From Spirogloea muscicola (taxonomy: Eukaryota), in contig WELB01000026.1 in the NCBI GenBank assembly GCA_009602725.1, positions 159,990 to 223,989 on the forward strand: 64,000 bases of DNA, read 5' to 3'. The notes beneath the pieces were generated by a model. That model saw only the letters and a list, made by a program, of their open reading frames with translations, ran no database searches and was not told the DNA's origin. Of the stretch, positions 39,333-56,228 are shown one piece after another; the first letter of the stretch is position 1, and each line of letters begins with the position of its first letter. Both the position numbers and the translations under genes were made by a program.

Positions 39333-40306
39333 TGAAAGGGAGATATTGTCCTCGTCTCAGCTGACTGCCAGGCCCTTTGTAGTCGGCCGTTTCTTTGCAG
39401 AGGCCGTTCAGGGCCACCCAGCCTAGCGTCAAGGAAGACACTGTGCATGCTCTGACACAAAGCGAGGCGAAGGTTCATACCTAAGCTGAGTGCATTCAAA
39501 TTTCGAAGATATGCAGCAATACAGTCATTGTAAGCTGGAAGCCAGCTATTTGACATGCCAGTTGAGGTTACTGTCAGGTACAAGCAAGTGCTGTGCACCT
39601 ATTTTGCAGAGCCCAGATGCGCTCTGTGCCCTGCTTCTCTACCTAAGATGCACTCCTTCCTTCTCACATCCCTAGTGACCATCTGGTCTCCCTAGTAGCT
39701 GCTCTGAGGTGTTACTCTACTCCCCAGAACAGCGATTTCATGTTGTGAACGCTTCACTCATTGCAAAGCTTGGGTGAAAGAATTTCAAGTGCAACGGGCT
39801 GGTCTTCGAGGTGCAATGCCAGCAACCAGCATCTTATGAGATCGACTGACCCAATACTGCTTGTCCTCGTTTGACGACCTTGCTATTTGTAGTTGGAAGA
39901 TATGCTGACTAGGACTATGTACAACTTGTAGGCTAGCACCACCTATGGCCGCCACTTCTTTGTGGTGACAATAAGGCAGCCTGCATCCAGTACAGGGAAG
40001 AGCGGACAGGGCTTTCTTCCAAGCGATGTATCACCTTGCGCAGGCTTGTCACTTGCAGGACAAGACGCCAGCAATTGCTTTGCAATGTAAGGTCCTGGCC
40101 TGCTCCTACTGTGCTTTCATCCTGAAGTCCCTCACTAGCAACTTCGAAAAAGGGTGTCACGGAGGACATGGAGGAGTAAACCTAAAGACCATGACACCAA
40201 CACCTGAGATACTGTGCAACTCAAAGCCCGTGCTGCGGTCACAGCAAAGGTACACGCAGCCTTGTGCCAACACATCAAGCTTGCAGGCATCAGCAAACCC
40301 TTGCAT

Positions 40307-42846
40307 TCAGCCACCTATACTGGCCATGTGGCGTCTCAAGGGCGTGACTCCGTCAGCTGATAAGAGATCCCTGGGATCCAGCTGCTGCCCGCTGCCTGCT
40401 AAGAAGGGGTTTCCAGGAGCCTTGTGGCTATGAGACTTGATCTCCTTTACAAGATTGAAGAAGCTACCAAGCTTTTCAGCATAGCTGCACTCATGCATTA
40501 CAACAGAAAGATGTGCAATAATCAGTGCACAACAATCTGTTAGCACGGGTGTGCAAGAGGATGTCAATGAGCTCCTTCGGCTGAACGGTTTCAAGCTAAG
40601 AAGATAGTTGAAGACACGCCTGCTATTGACAGATTAACTAATGACATTCTCAAGAGCTAGGTAGACAGCAAGGCCAGCAATGGGTTCGTGATGGTTACTT
40701 ACAGGTTCTTGGCTGCATCGTCCCTAAGGAGGTCAATGTTCTGGTTGTAGTCTACACACAATGTTGGCACCTGCGACAGAGGCAGAGTACTTGGGCCTGA
40801 GTGCCACTGTCAAGGCCTCAACAGGCCTACTAATGGCAATATTGAAAGGATTCCAAGATCCAAGATCCAACTGCAACATGCAGGTTATTATGCAAGTCGC
40901 AGATCACTTCAGGGCTTGCAGTCGCTTTATACTGCTCAGGCCTTGAAATAAAGGTGGTGCCTGCCTCTCACCTCACGAATCGAGTGATGCAAGTTGTCTC
41001 CCGCCAAACAGTACACTTCGCCATCAATCACCTTTGGGACAGGAATGCCCCCCCCTGGCCAGTCGCCCCGGATCAGCGTCTGCTTACCAGCATTGGTGTG
41101 GAATAACCACTGCTCGTGCTTCTCGTGAAGGTCCATGAGGTAGTCTAGCGAGACGGAGCCCTCCTCAGTGCGCGAGCGCCGATTGAGGCGCTGCTGACAT
41201 ATGGCCGGCTCCGCCCTCAGGTAGATGAAGGCGTCGGGCACAAGGCCTGGCAGCGAGGCCACAAATGGGTCGAACCACGAGTCATAGATGCTAAGCTCCA
41301 TTTCTGACATCCACTTGGCCTCGTGCACGGCCCGAACGAATACCTGCCCAACAACAAAAACAAGCCAGATGAATGCATCTGCCCTTGCATATTTTGGGCC
41401 AGCCGGCTACTCATTGGCTACTTTGATACTGAGAGTCGTGGTTGTGAGTTGTAAGAGAGCAGGGATTCTGCTCTATGTGGGATCCCTGCGCACCATGCGG
41501 TCACTGAAGACGGAGCGCTCCATGAGCCGCAGCGGCTTCGTGCCGCCACGGCTGTCCTTCTCTCGCATCATGCGGGTGACAAAGACATAGTTTTGGAATG
41601 TGTACGCAAAGCGCTGCGGCTCCTTGTAGAATGCTTCGAGGATATTGAAGTGATCTTTTCCAATATCCTGCCACTTGTCAATGGGCTCCGGGACGATCTC
41701 CACGAGCTCCTGCAGCTGTGCGGTCTGTTGTGCAATGGTCTGTAGGAAGGTGGACTTGCCAACGCTGCAAAGTCCAAGGAGGGCAATGTGTAAGAGAAGA
41801 GCAACTTCAAGGCCACACGAGGCTCAGCACACGCATGCATTTTGTGTGTCAGCATGCTGCCCTGCGAGGGCCAGAAAGCAAGTAGATGCACTCTTGGACG
41901 AGGACGATAGCACTGACTTCTTGCAGGCAAGTGTGACAATACGGAGCAACCATGCTCCCTCTTACCATGCATGGAATGGGCTTTGCAGGCGAGTGCAAAA
42001 GCATGAGAGAGCACGCACATGCAATGCCAAAAGAATCCAGGCCCTAGCACAGCATGGTGCAAGGCGTACCTTATGTTGCCTTCCACACAGAAGGTGAGCC
42101 GCTGCCTGCCGGCAGCCTCCGTGCTCTTGCTCTGCTCCTCCTCCACCGTGCTCTTCACGAAGTCGGTGATCCGCGTCGCGTGGTGCTTGAAGTGGATGCC
42201 CACGTCGCTCTGCAGGTACTCCACCATCTTCTCGGCCCCGTAGTCGGCAAACTGCCAGAGGTGCAGCACAAGGCCAACTTCAGGCAGCGGTCCGAACCCA
42301 CTCAGCACCGACATGCCTACTGTGTCCCGTGCATGCATGCACCTCACGTAGTGTAGTGGCCTGGCTGCGGCGCCCGGATGACCAAGGCCCTGTGAATCTC
42401 AGGACTCCCCAAGTCATGGAGGGCAGCCTGCAGTCACCTTGTCGAGGTAGAGCTGCTTGAGGTGGGCGACGCCGAGGATGCCCTTGGCCTTGAGCTTCTC
42501 CATGTACCGCGGCCCGATGCCCGGCACCAGCATCAGCTCGTTCTCCAGGTGCGACAGCTCCAGCTTGCGCGGCGCCCGGCGTCGCCGCTCCGGCGGGGGC
42601 TTAAGCACTGCCACGACCTTCCCGCCGCGCTCCATTGAGGAGGCCCTGGCGACCTCTTGGTCCGCGGAGGCCAGCGACACGGCCGTCAAGCCGGGCTCGA
42701 CGGCGGCAGCGGTCCCTTCTGTGGCTAAGAGGTCTTGACGGCCGTCAGCCACGGCGGCAGCATCAACGTCGACGACCGAGTCTGTGCCGGCTACGTCGTC
42801 CGCGGCCGGGCGCTCCGCAGCGGAACCTCCCGCGCCTCTGGCGCCG

Positions 42847-42877
<31 letters not shown>

Positions 42878-42934
42878 CGACGCTGGCAGAGGCCGACCAG
42901 GTCAGGGCCCGGGCCCTCCTGAGCGGCGCAGGCG
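40307..42934 (-). CDS. Deoxynucleoside kinase (dCK/TK2-like plant dNK); multi-exon, start in or near the gap
   Basis: FCVEGNISVGKSTFL P-loop, VPEPIDKWQ, YTFQNYVF, LMERSVFSDRMVF, PDAFIYLRA, RSRTEE. Confidence 0.9.
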
Positions 42935-43519
42935 NNNNNNNNNNNNNNNNNNNNNNNNNNNNNNNNNNNNNNNNNNNNNNNNNNNNNNNNNNNNNNNNNN
43001 NNNNNNNNNNNNNNNNNNNNNNNNNNNNNNNNNNNNNNNNNNNNNNNNNNNNNNNNNNNNNNNNNNNNNNNNNNNNNNNNNNNNNNNNNNNNNNNNNNNN
43101 NNNNNNNNNNNNNNNNNNNNNNNNNNNNNNNNNNNNNNNNNNNNNNNNNNNNNNNNNNNNNNNNNNNNNNNNNNNNNNNNNNNNNNNNNNNNNNNNNNNN
43201 NNNNNNNNNNNNNNNNNNNNNNNNNNNNNNNNNNNNNNNNNNNNNNNNNNNNNNNNNNNNNNNNNNNNNNNNNNNNNNNNNNNNNNNNNNNNNNNNNNNN
43301 NNTGGCGCTGGCGCTGGCGCCGCAGGCGCAGGCGCTGGCGGCGGCGGCAAGCGGCGGCGGCGGCGGCCGAGGGGGAAGGACGGGACGGTGCGGCAAGCGC
43401 GCCGCTGCTCGGTTAGCGTTCCGTCGGCGCGCCATCGAGCGGCGACGGTGCCTGGCTCCGCGCTCGACGGCGCGTGCTGTCATGTCCTGGAGATTCATCG
43501 GAAACAGCCACTACAACAT

Positions 43520-43560
43520 CGAGGCAACGGCTGTGAGAGGCCAGCCCAGAAGGATGAACC
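43520..43560 (-). mobile_element. Isolated remnant of the retroelement 3'-UTR hairpin upstream of dNK
   Basis: GGCTGTGAGAGGCCAGCCCAGAAG matches the shared tail module. Confidence 0.55.
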
Positions 43561-45647
43561 ATATAAGCAGTCAATCTCTGCATGCTATTTGCATAGAGCA
43601 CATTCTTGTCTTCAGAGCTAGTCGTGGTTGTTGTTGCATGTTTTCCTGACTCATATACTGTGTAACGTGTCGACCATCAGCGGCCAGCGATAGCTCACGT
43701 TGCACTTCTGCATGCAGAGCCAACATGTCGAGCTGACGCGCAGCGCCTTATTGGGCATGTTCACGGACGAGCAGCGGCTAGAAGGCGACCGGGGACTGTC
43801 CACCATTGACTACAGCAACCATAGTGTCGGGCACAATAAGGTGCTGGGTTTCACACAGAAATATTGCAGACCGTGAAGCGAGCGCAACTTGCAACATGAT
43901 GGCCAGTGACCTTCCTTAGGCATTCCACGTCCCTGAGTAGAGCTCCCTTCCACCAGCAGATCGCAAGCCTCAAAATTAGCAGAAGTAAGAGCCGGTAGCA
44001 GTGCAAGCCCGGCAAACTCATACGAAACAATCAAGCACGGACAAGTACGTGCACGAGCACACTGCATTTACTGGCTAAGAGGAGCTCCAACTGCACTTTC
44101 TAGTGATAGTCAGACATTCAAGGACATGTTGTTCGATGGTCGCAGCCATATGGCGTTTTAGTTGCTGCTTGCAAAGCCGGATAAGGAATCCAGATCCATC
44201 GCAGCGCTCCCTAAAGCTTGAAGCTCGTCACCCTGCCACAGCCTCCCATTTACTTGTCAGGGTCTCGCTGATGCACTTATGTAGGTCCGACGATGTCCAG
44301 AATTGCCTCTCAGTCCAAGTCTCTCGTAATTGCACATCTTGGCTCCCTGGCCTTTCTCTGGGGCGGCCGTCGCTGGTCCTCTGTATCACATTCAGTCATA
44401 TCGGGCATGAGCGCGTGTAGAAGCAAAAAAGTGACACCGTGAGCCATTGCAGCGTAGGCTAACAGGAGCTTTTCGGCAATCCCTTTATTGGGACCAGGAT
44501 TATAAACAAAAGATGAAGTACTACACAAGGTCGTATGCGGATTTGCATTACTAGACATGGATAAGCAGGTCGAAGTCAAACATACTCAATGCAGCCAGTG
44601 ACAAGACACTACTCAGTAACCTACTGCATGAGCAGGGCTGCATCATGTGGAGCATGTATACGGCACTCCTTATTGCGCACCAGCAATGCTTATTGCTGGA
44701 TTCTGCTCATTCGCTTTTGCTCCTCTTCCAGGCACAGGCCAGTCAGCCCTTTCAGCTTCCCTTAAGAGAAACCAGTTGGCTATAAGTCAGGTGTATGAGA
44801 GCAGCTCTATCTGCGAAGGTTGGTGTGGCAGGCGAGGGGTAGTCGTTCTGAGCGAGGACGCAACCTCAGATCAGGAGGTCCATCACGCGAAGTCCAGTCA
44901 TTACCTCATGGCACCATCATATAATGGCATGGCCCGCAGAACATGCGTGGCAATGGCTTGTGACAGGTCTGAGCTACATAGATTTGGACTAATGCCAGGG
45001 AGTCACTGAATCTGAAGCTAGCAATATAGCAGTTGCAGAATGAACCAGAAAGTGAACAAATGCAATGCCCAACTTATATGTGGTTGTGCCCTTCTTTGAG
45101 GTGATCGTTGGGAAAACAGGAGGTCAAGGGCGCAATTAGCAATGTATGTTGAATAATGTCAATTGCACCTCCAGCAAATTGAGGCACCCTCACATAGCAA
45201 TGTTTCAAATGCTCAGGCAAATCAAACTGTACAAAGTTGATGTGCAACTCTCCTGCGTAGGATCTTGCTCTCGAATACTTCGGCTGGAGAAGAAGGTCCT
45301 AGGCAGGAGAGGGAGCACATCAAGACTCAAGCACCTGGAAGCTTGATGTGATCGATGTCAGCTAGATTGACTCGTGTTGTTCAGGCTCGATTGTGTCCTA
45401 CTGGGGGCTAACAAAAGAAGTAAACTAAAGAAAGGACTACTGGTGCTTGAGTTGCCAGATCCTGACACCAGTTTAGGGCTGCAGGTTCAGCATGCTCAGT
45501 TTCTCCTTGTCTCCTTGTATTCACAAGGTCCACGAAGCTGACAAGGTTGACAGTCAATGCGCAGTCGATGTGGTGTGTCTGAAGTGGCATATACCAGAAT
45601 AGTGCTTCTGGTAAGCTAGAATGAAAACCGCAACCAGGAATAGGGCA

Positions 45648-47963
45648 TCACAAGGTGATCATACTGTTCAAGTCCTGCAGAATCTGTCACAAGCCAATCG
45701 GGCCTATCAGTTGCTAGAAATATGGACAAAATAGCAGAAGACCTCAGAACACGCTGGACATGCAATTAGGTAAGCTGGTAGGAACAGATCATGGGACAAA
45801 GAGCAGGAATTGGCGTGCACCTCCCGAAAGCTTGGCCGAAATTGGGGATTCGCCTGCCAGCACTGCTCAATCAGATATCGGAGTCGCTTTGGACAGGTGG
45901 TGGGTACCACAGGTCGCAGACCACTTTGAATAACAGCCGCAGCAGCCTGGATGCAAGGCAGGACGGCACAACCATCAGAAGAGCTCCAGGAGGAGCTTCG
46001 GGCAAGCACAAGGTGCCACAGGACATTGGAAAGAGGAAATCAAGGCAGGTGACAAGCATGGACACAGAGAAGGTGTAAGACTGCCTTGATGTCAAAGGCA
46101 AGTACGACAGCACATTCAGGACTTTTACAGAAGGCCTTGTCCACTCTTGCACTGCCATGCTGTTCGCTCACCTGCATCGGCAAATACTCGTCATATGGGA
46201 GCTTTGACGTAAGAAGTTCCCAGAGGACAATCCCATATGAATAAATGTCCGGCGCCCTTGCATGTTGCGTGCTCTGCGACTCAATGCGTGCTGCATTGTG
46301 GCCCTGTAGCTTGGTCATTGACACTTCTGGCGCCATCCACCGGTAGGTCTCAGGCTCCACGATGTCATGTGAAGCGCGCCAGCCGCTCATGAGGGCCGTG
46401 CCAAAGTCAGCCACACTGGCCTTGCCATCCTGGTCAAGAAGGATATTTGCAGTCTGCAATCTCAACAAGGCAACCTGCTGTTAGCTACTTGCAGATTGCA
46501 CAGAATGGATGCATGAAGAAGCCTTCACATGGCTGTCACCATGAGGCGAGACAAAGACAAAGAAAACTACTAACAAGAGTCGTGCTGCCATGAGAAGGTG
46601 TGGTGTTCATGCGCCATTACCTTAAGGTCACGGTGAACGACATCCTGAGAATGCAGGAACTGCATGCCTTCTGCAATGTCACGCGCCAGCTCGAGCACTC
46701 TTCTCGGCTCCAGCTGTTGATTGCGATGCAAGAAGTCGTGCAGGCTGCATGTCATGTACTTGCTGACAATGCATGCATTCCTCCCAACCATAGCGGCTCC
46801 AATCACAGGCACCACGTTCTTGTGATTCGCCACTCTGCACCAACAGCCAAGACGAGCATGTGAGCCATGCTGACCGCTGATGCCATCGCTTCTTAGCAGC
46901 GCTGCAGCATGGTGGTGGTCTGGCCAAGACAAAGAGTCCGCATCAGGCTTGCAGCTCAGGGCTGGACATTGGCCAGGCCTGGGCTGACATCTTGGGGCAT
47001 GTGCAAGGGGCCACCAGGAGGCCTGGGGGTGGGGTTACCTAAGAACCGCCAATTCACGTGCCAGTGCCTGGTGAGCAAGCTGTTGCACGACTTTGATGGC
47101 CACGTCTTGGCCATCGTACTGGCCACGGAAGACCCACGATGAACTTCCGGTCGCTATCTGCTCGCCGAACTGCAGCCTTCGAGCATCAAGAGGTGGACAA
47201 TGTCCTCCCATGTGGGGAAAAGGCGCTGGCTTGCTCTGCACCGCCCGAGGTGAAACCACCGGGAAGTGCCTGCTGTACTCGGAGTACAGGCCGGAGGAGG
47301 CTGGCTCCTCCGAGCGAAGTCTGATCCGAAGTCTGCAGGTGCCGGCACTGTCCACATAAACATCTCGGCTGGCGGTCTGCTCTCCTGTCTCCCGGAGCCT
47401 GTCCTGCGCAGCATTGCACTCCATGGGTGCAGGGCTTTCATCATCTGTTATGCAGGAGGTATCGTCCTGAAGCCTGCAGGGAGCCAGACAGTCACGCGTT
47501 GACGAGAGTCACGAAATAGGTGGTGATTTGTGTTTCGCAAGTGCATATAGAACAGGTAGACCCGACTCATGCACACATTGTCACATTCACTTGAGGATGT
47601 CAATTGCATGTGTTCAGGCACGTCCCCATGCACATCCGAGACAGGACAGAGGAAGAGGATGATGCAGAGGATGGCTACTCACTCTGGCACAACTTTGGCG
47701 GCGACAGGCTGCAGGCAACCGGATGCCAGGCTGCTGCAAGACGGCTGCCGCGCCGCCGACGGCCCATGCCGCCGGCGCTTTTTCGGCGTCTCGACCATGC
47801 TGGCGACGGGCTCGCGCGCCTGCACCCGCACGCCAAAGACCTTGGCGACGGCGACCAGGGTCCTGGCCTTCCAGACCGACACCGGGGGGGGTCCGGCGGC
47901 GGCGGGCGGCCCCTGGCTCTCGTGCACGCGGAGCGCGCCGTCCTCGCGCCACGGCGCAGCCAT
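45648..47963 (-). CDS. Raf-like/TKL (STY-type) protein kinase; multi-exon, start tentative
   Basis: DVAIKV, HKNVV, VHRDLKTANILL, VADFG, TYRWMAPE, DIYSYGIVLWELLT, CWQANPQFRPSF. Confidence 0.85.
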
Positions 47964-48399
47964 GCGTGCCGCCGCTGCAGCGCGGGCGCGCCGGAGGCCG
48001 TGGCGGCGGCGGCGGCGGGGTGGGGAGCGGCGGAGTAGAAGTGAGCGGCGGGTGATGGTGAAGGAGCGGCCGTAGAAGCCAGCCAGGATAAAGGCGGGCT
48101 GCCGGTGACGAGGACGTGGGCGGGCCGCCGATGGGGAAACGATGAAGGGGGATTGGGAAGGAGGGCCACTGTGCCGACGGGACAAAAAGGGCAGCACGTG
48201 TGTGCGGGAACAGCGGCCCAGGGCGCGGCGGCCGCGGAGGAACAGCTGGAAAGGTGCGCGCCCTGCTGGAGATATTTCTACGGGGCTGGAAAAGGGTGGC
48301 GTCGTCGACCCCCGACGTTGGATCTCCTTCCCCAGTTTCCGCACTTTTCCCACCCCAGTTCCCGCACTAGCTTTGGCCTTAGCAATGTGTTGGCTTCTT

Positions 48400-50240
48400 G
48401 AGCGGCTTCTGCTTACTTATGTCATCAGAATTTTCCGGCCCCTAAGGACCTTGTCCACCCTTGACACGGGCCCCGCCCCCTTTGGAAAGAAACAGCTCTT
48501 CCAATTTACGGCAATGGCTGTGAGAGGCCAGCTCAAAGGAACGTACAAGTTTTGAAAGAAAGAAATTGCTCGCCCTTAGAGAATGGAAAGGGCCGGACGG
48601 CGCCAAAAGCAGGAAGGGCTCACTTGTTATTCTATGCGCCTCCTCCGCGCCTTCTCACTTTCCGAGGTGGCGGCGCGACGAAGCGAAAGCGCGTCCACGT
48701 TGAGAGCAGTGGCTGTGAGAAAGAAAGTGCCTCTCCCAATGCTGTGAGAGGCCAGCCCAAAGGCGCGACGAAGCGGGGCCGCCAGATGGTGCCGGCAGCT
48801 CTCCCCGGCGTCGTTGGTGGCAGCGCCGCTCAGGGCGGCGCTTCCCCACGTCTGAAAGATCCGGCGGCAGCCGCTGTCGCACGTGGCTTTCTCTTTACTC
48901 TGCGCACCGCGCGCCTACTCTCTTAACGGCTGCTCAACTGGGGATATTGAGCACCCAGTGGCCACAGTCGCTGTTTAGTTTACGGCTTTTCTGGCCCCTT
49001 CGCTCTTCATTCACTCTCTTTCCTGGGCTGGCCAAGGACAGGCATCGCCCTCACCTGGAAGAGTCTTTCTCTCACGTGGGCGCCCCCCTATTTCCGCGCC
49101 GCCCCCACTTTCCGGTTCGACCGCCCACCTGCCCAGGCTTCACGTCAGCCAGCCTAGCTCTGCACTTCTTTGCCCTTGAACGAACAGCGGATTGGCTCGG
49201 CTTGGCCTCCTCTCCGTCTCCTGGGGTGCACACTGCGCTTTGGATATTGTTCATTCTTTTTGGGCTGGCTTTGCCAGCCCCTCTTCTCTATTGGCGAGCA
49301 CTTTCTTCTTCTTTCCACCGTCTGCACCCTCGGCTCTTAAGATTGCCAGAGTAGCGCGTTCGAATGAGGCCGCTTGTTTGCACGCCCTTTGCCCTCCGCA
49401 TGAACATAGAATTTGGCTCTGCTTGGCCTCCCTTCTATATTAGATTCACGCGCACCGCGAGCCCTTCCCCCTCTCGCCCCGGCTGCCCTTGTACATCTCT
49501 GGCGAACTGAGCCCTCTGCTAAGTCGCGCCGCGTAGCTGGGAGACTTTTAGTATGCCAGTGTATCCTGCATCGCACAACCTCCCTGTGCAATGAAGAAGC
49601 TCTTCCAAGGGGGTGATGGCTGTGGATCCTGGAATGAGCTTATTCCTTCGGGGTTGTTGAGCACCCAGTATTTAGCACTTGCGTAGCTGTGATTTACAGC
49701 GCTTTCTGGCCCCTTTGGACCTTTTCTAGTCTTTTTGGCCGGCCTTTCAACAGCCATCGCCCTCGTCCGGGATCGCCAGCGGCAATCGACAACTTTGGCT
49801 GCTTAGGTCCTCGTTTCTTTACTCTCGTTCGAAACATAGCCAATCTAGGCTACACACGACATGCAGATGTGTTCCCGGCTGAGATGGGCTTGCCAGCTGC
49901 ATATCTATCGTTCTTGCGACGACGAGTTTCGGCCTGTTTGCAGCGTGCTCAGGCTAATGCTTTGCACCAGAAAGCTGGGCGAGCTCTACTTGGTGGCAGA
50001 AGGACTTCGTATCTGCCATCTAGTTTCAGGCATCGGTTAGCGACCTTTATGTTTTGACCCGTGGTTACTGAGCGGGTCTACTGTAGGTTATGTAGGTCAT
50101 AAGATGTGCTTGCCTTTGTACTTGGCCATTTGGCCTTCGTTTGTTTCAAATACACGAGATTTTCCTTCCGGGAAGAGTTTTACTAGATTGGAGTAGATGC
50201 CCAACTCCTGTGCCGTGCCCTGCCAGCCCCCCGCCCCTTT
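48400..50240. mobile_element. Cluster 4 of CRE-like fragments, including a family D copy (49770-50165, +)
   Basis: Repeated tail modules; PAAIDNFGCLG..RRRVSACLQRAQANALHQKAGRAL..LTRGY* (frameshifted). Confidence 0.8.
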
Positions 50241-51540
50241 TGGAAGAGCTCACTTAATTTTTGACCCTGCGGATCTGAGCCGCGCTCCTGCTCCTCGTGG
50301 ACGAGTCAGCTCGCGGCTGCCCACGGTAATTCAGAAAGGACGAGCGGAAGAGCTGCGGCGATGGCAGTGGCAGCAGACCAGACAGCGGACCCTTTGGCAT
50401 CTAGGCACACCGTGATGGTGAGAGTCGCACTCAAACGGGAGTGAGCCAGATGCGGCCTGAAGCCACCGCAGTGAGCCACAGAAGAAAGTAACGTGTATTT
50501 AGCCACACAGATGTTCTGCGGCCCAATTCGATAACCCGAGAGATTAAGATACAAGACATACAGATAGCACTGCTGATACCTGACGCCACGTCACATGCAC
50601 GGCCAATGTCTTCTCGAGGCTGCACAAGCTTTTGTCAGCAATTGTACGCGATCAAGGCCCTTCTCCCTCCTCCTCCACTCCTTGGTTCACAAGGTTCTCT
50701 GCTCAACGTTGGACATGTATGTGTGCAAAACAACAACGTAATTGATGCACCGAGGAGCTCATACCCCTCCGGCACACTTTGAGGTCTTCGCTGAAGCTGA
50801 CATCAGGCCTGATGCTAACCAACTGTGTTGCTGGTTGCTACAGAAGTAAAAGAAATATGAACTCGTTGATCTGTTTCACAATTTGTTCCTTCAGTGAAAG
50901 CCATCTATCTATCTCTTGCCTTGTCTATTACGCACCACCTCATTGCGATATTGCATTCCTTTTCCTTTACATACTTCAGGAGATGTGAAACTTTTACAAA
51001 AAGCTGCACATTGATTGACTATTTGCAGATTACTTCCCGTGCAACAAATGAGAGTAGGTTTTACACAAAGTAAAAGTACACTTCTGGTGTTTATTGCTCA
51101 ATGTCATGACTCTATTTCTTAAAATAACACATAGAACCCTCTGAATTTGTACTAGCTTCATATCCTACTCCAACACTTTCTAGAAGGCAAAAACATCGGA
51201 GTATCTCCATAAGGTTACCAACGTGATTTACACCTCAACTCGCCAGATACGTCGGTGATTAGCCAAGGAAGGGCACAGGCGCACTGCGTACATTGAACGG
51301 GGCATACAGGTGGTCACTAGGACCACCCCGTACATCAGTATTTGATTTAATAGCAATATTCAAGCACGACAAGTTGCTGCACAGCAAGAATGTCAATGAA
51401 AGAATAAAAGAATCAATTGGGGCCTCTAGAGGAAGCACTTGAGATGCTCATGACACAGAGAGGGCAATCTAATCATAAACTCGTCGCTGGTTGTCCAATG
51501 CTGCGGCTAATTGCCACAATAGCCATCCAATTTCGGCCCC

Positions 51541-55344
<3,804 letters not shown>

Positions 55345-55958
55345 NNNNNNNNNNNNNNNNNNNNNNNNNNNNNNNNNNNNNNNNNNNNNNNNNNNNNNNN
55401 NNNNNNNNNNNNNNNNNNNNNNNNNNNNNNNNNNNNNNNNNNNNNNNNNNNNNNNNNNNNNNNNNNNNNNNNNNNNNNNNNNNNNNNNNNNNNNNNNNNN
55501 NNNNNNNNNNNNNNNNNNNNNNNNNNNNNNNNNNNNNNNNNNNNNNNNNNNNNNNNNNNNNNNNNNNNNNNNNNNNNNNNNNNNNNNNNNNNNNNNNNNN
55601 NNNNNNNNNNNNNNNNNNNNNNNNNNNNNNNNNNNNNNNNNNNNNNNNNNNNNNNNNNNNNNNNNNNNNNNNNNNNNNNNNNNNNNNNNNNNNNNNNNNN
55701 NNNNNNNNNNNNNNNNNNNNNNNNNNNNNNNNNNNNNNNNNNNNNNNNNNNNNNNNNNNNNNNNNNNNNNNNNNNNNNNNNNNNNNNNNNNNNNNNNNNN
55801 NNNNNNNNNNNNNNNNNNNNNNNNNNNNNNNNNNNNNNNNNNNNNNNNNNNNNNNNNNNNNNNNNNNNNNNNNNNNNNNNNNNNNNTGCATCGCCGCGCT
55901 GGTCGTGCCCTTGCAGCAGCCTCTGGCTTGCGCAGCGGGGTTGCTCTTCCTCCCCTCA

Positions 55959-56228
55959 GCTCATCTGACTTCCTACTGCTGACACGGGGTTACTTAGAGC
56001 GCCCTGGCTGTCTAGCCTGTGGCTCCGTCATGAACACCTGTATGCATCTGGCTGGCTTTCACAGCCGCTCTTTTAATATCAGCAGCCGCTTGAGGCTCAT
56101 CTGACTTCCTACTGCTGACACGGGGTTACTAAGAGCGCCCTGGCTGTCTAGCCTGTGGCTCCGTCATGAACACCTGTATGCATCTGGCTGGCTTTCACAG
56201 CCGCTCTTTTAATATCAGCAGCCGCTTC
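55959..56228 (+). repeat. Tandem duplication of a ~134-bp retroelement 3' end (SDFLLLTRGY + short tail, family I)
   Basis: 55959-56090 is nearly identical to 56095-56228. Confidence 0.85.

Noticed and set aside
43600..45600. Possible gene between dNK and the kinase
   Set aside because: Only short ORFs with no recognisable motifs; could be UTR or non-coding
50300..51500. AT-richer stretch as foreign DNA
   Set aside because: No ORF or terminal repeats; consistent with the transporter 3' UTR or intergenic DNA
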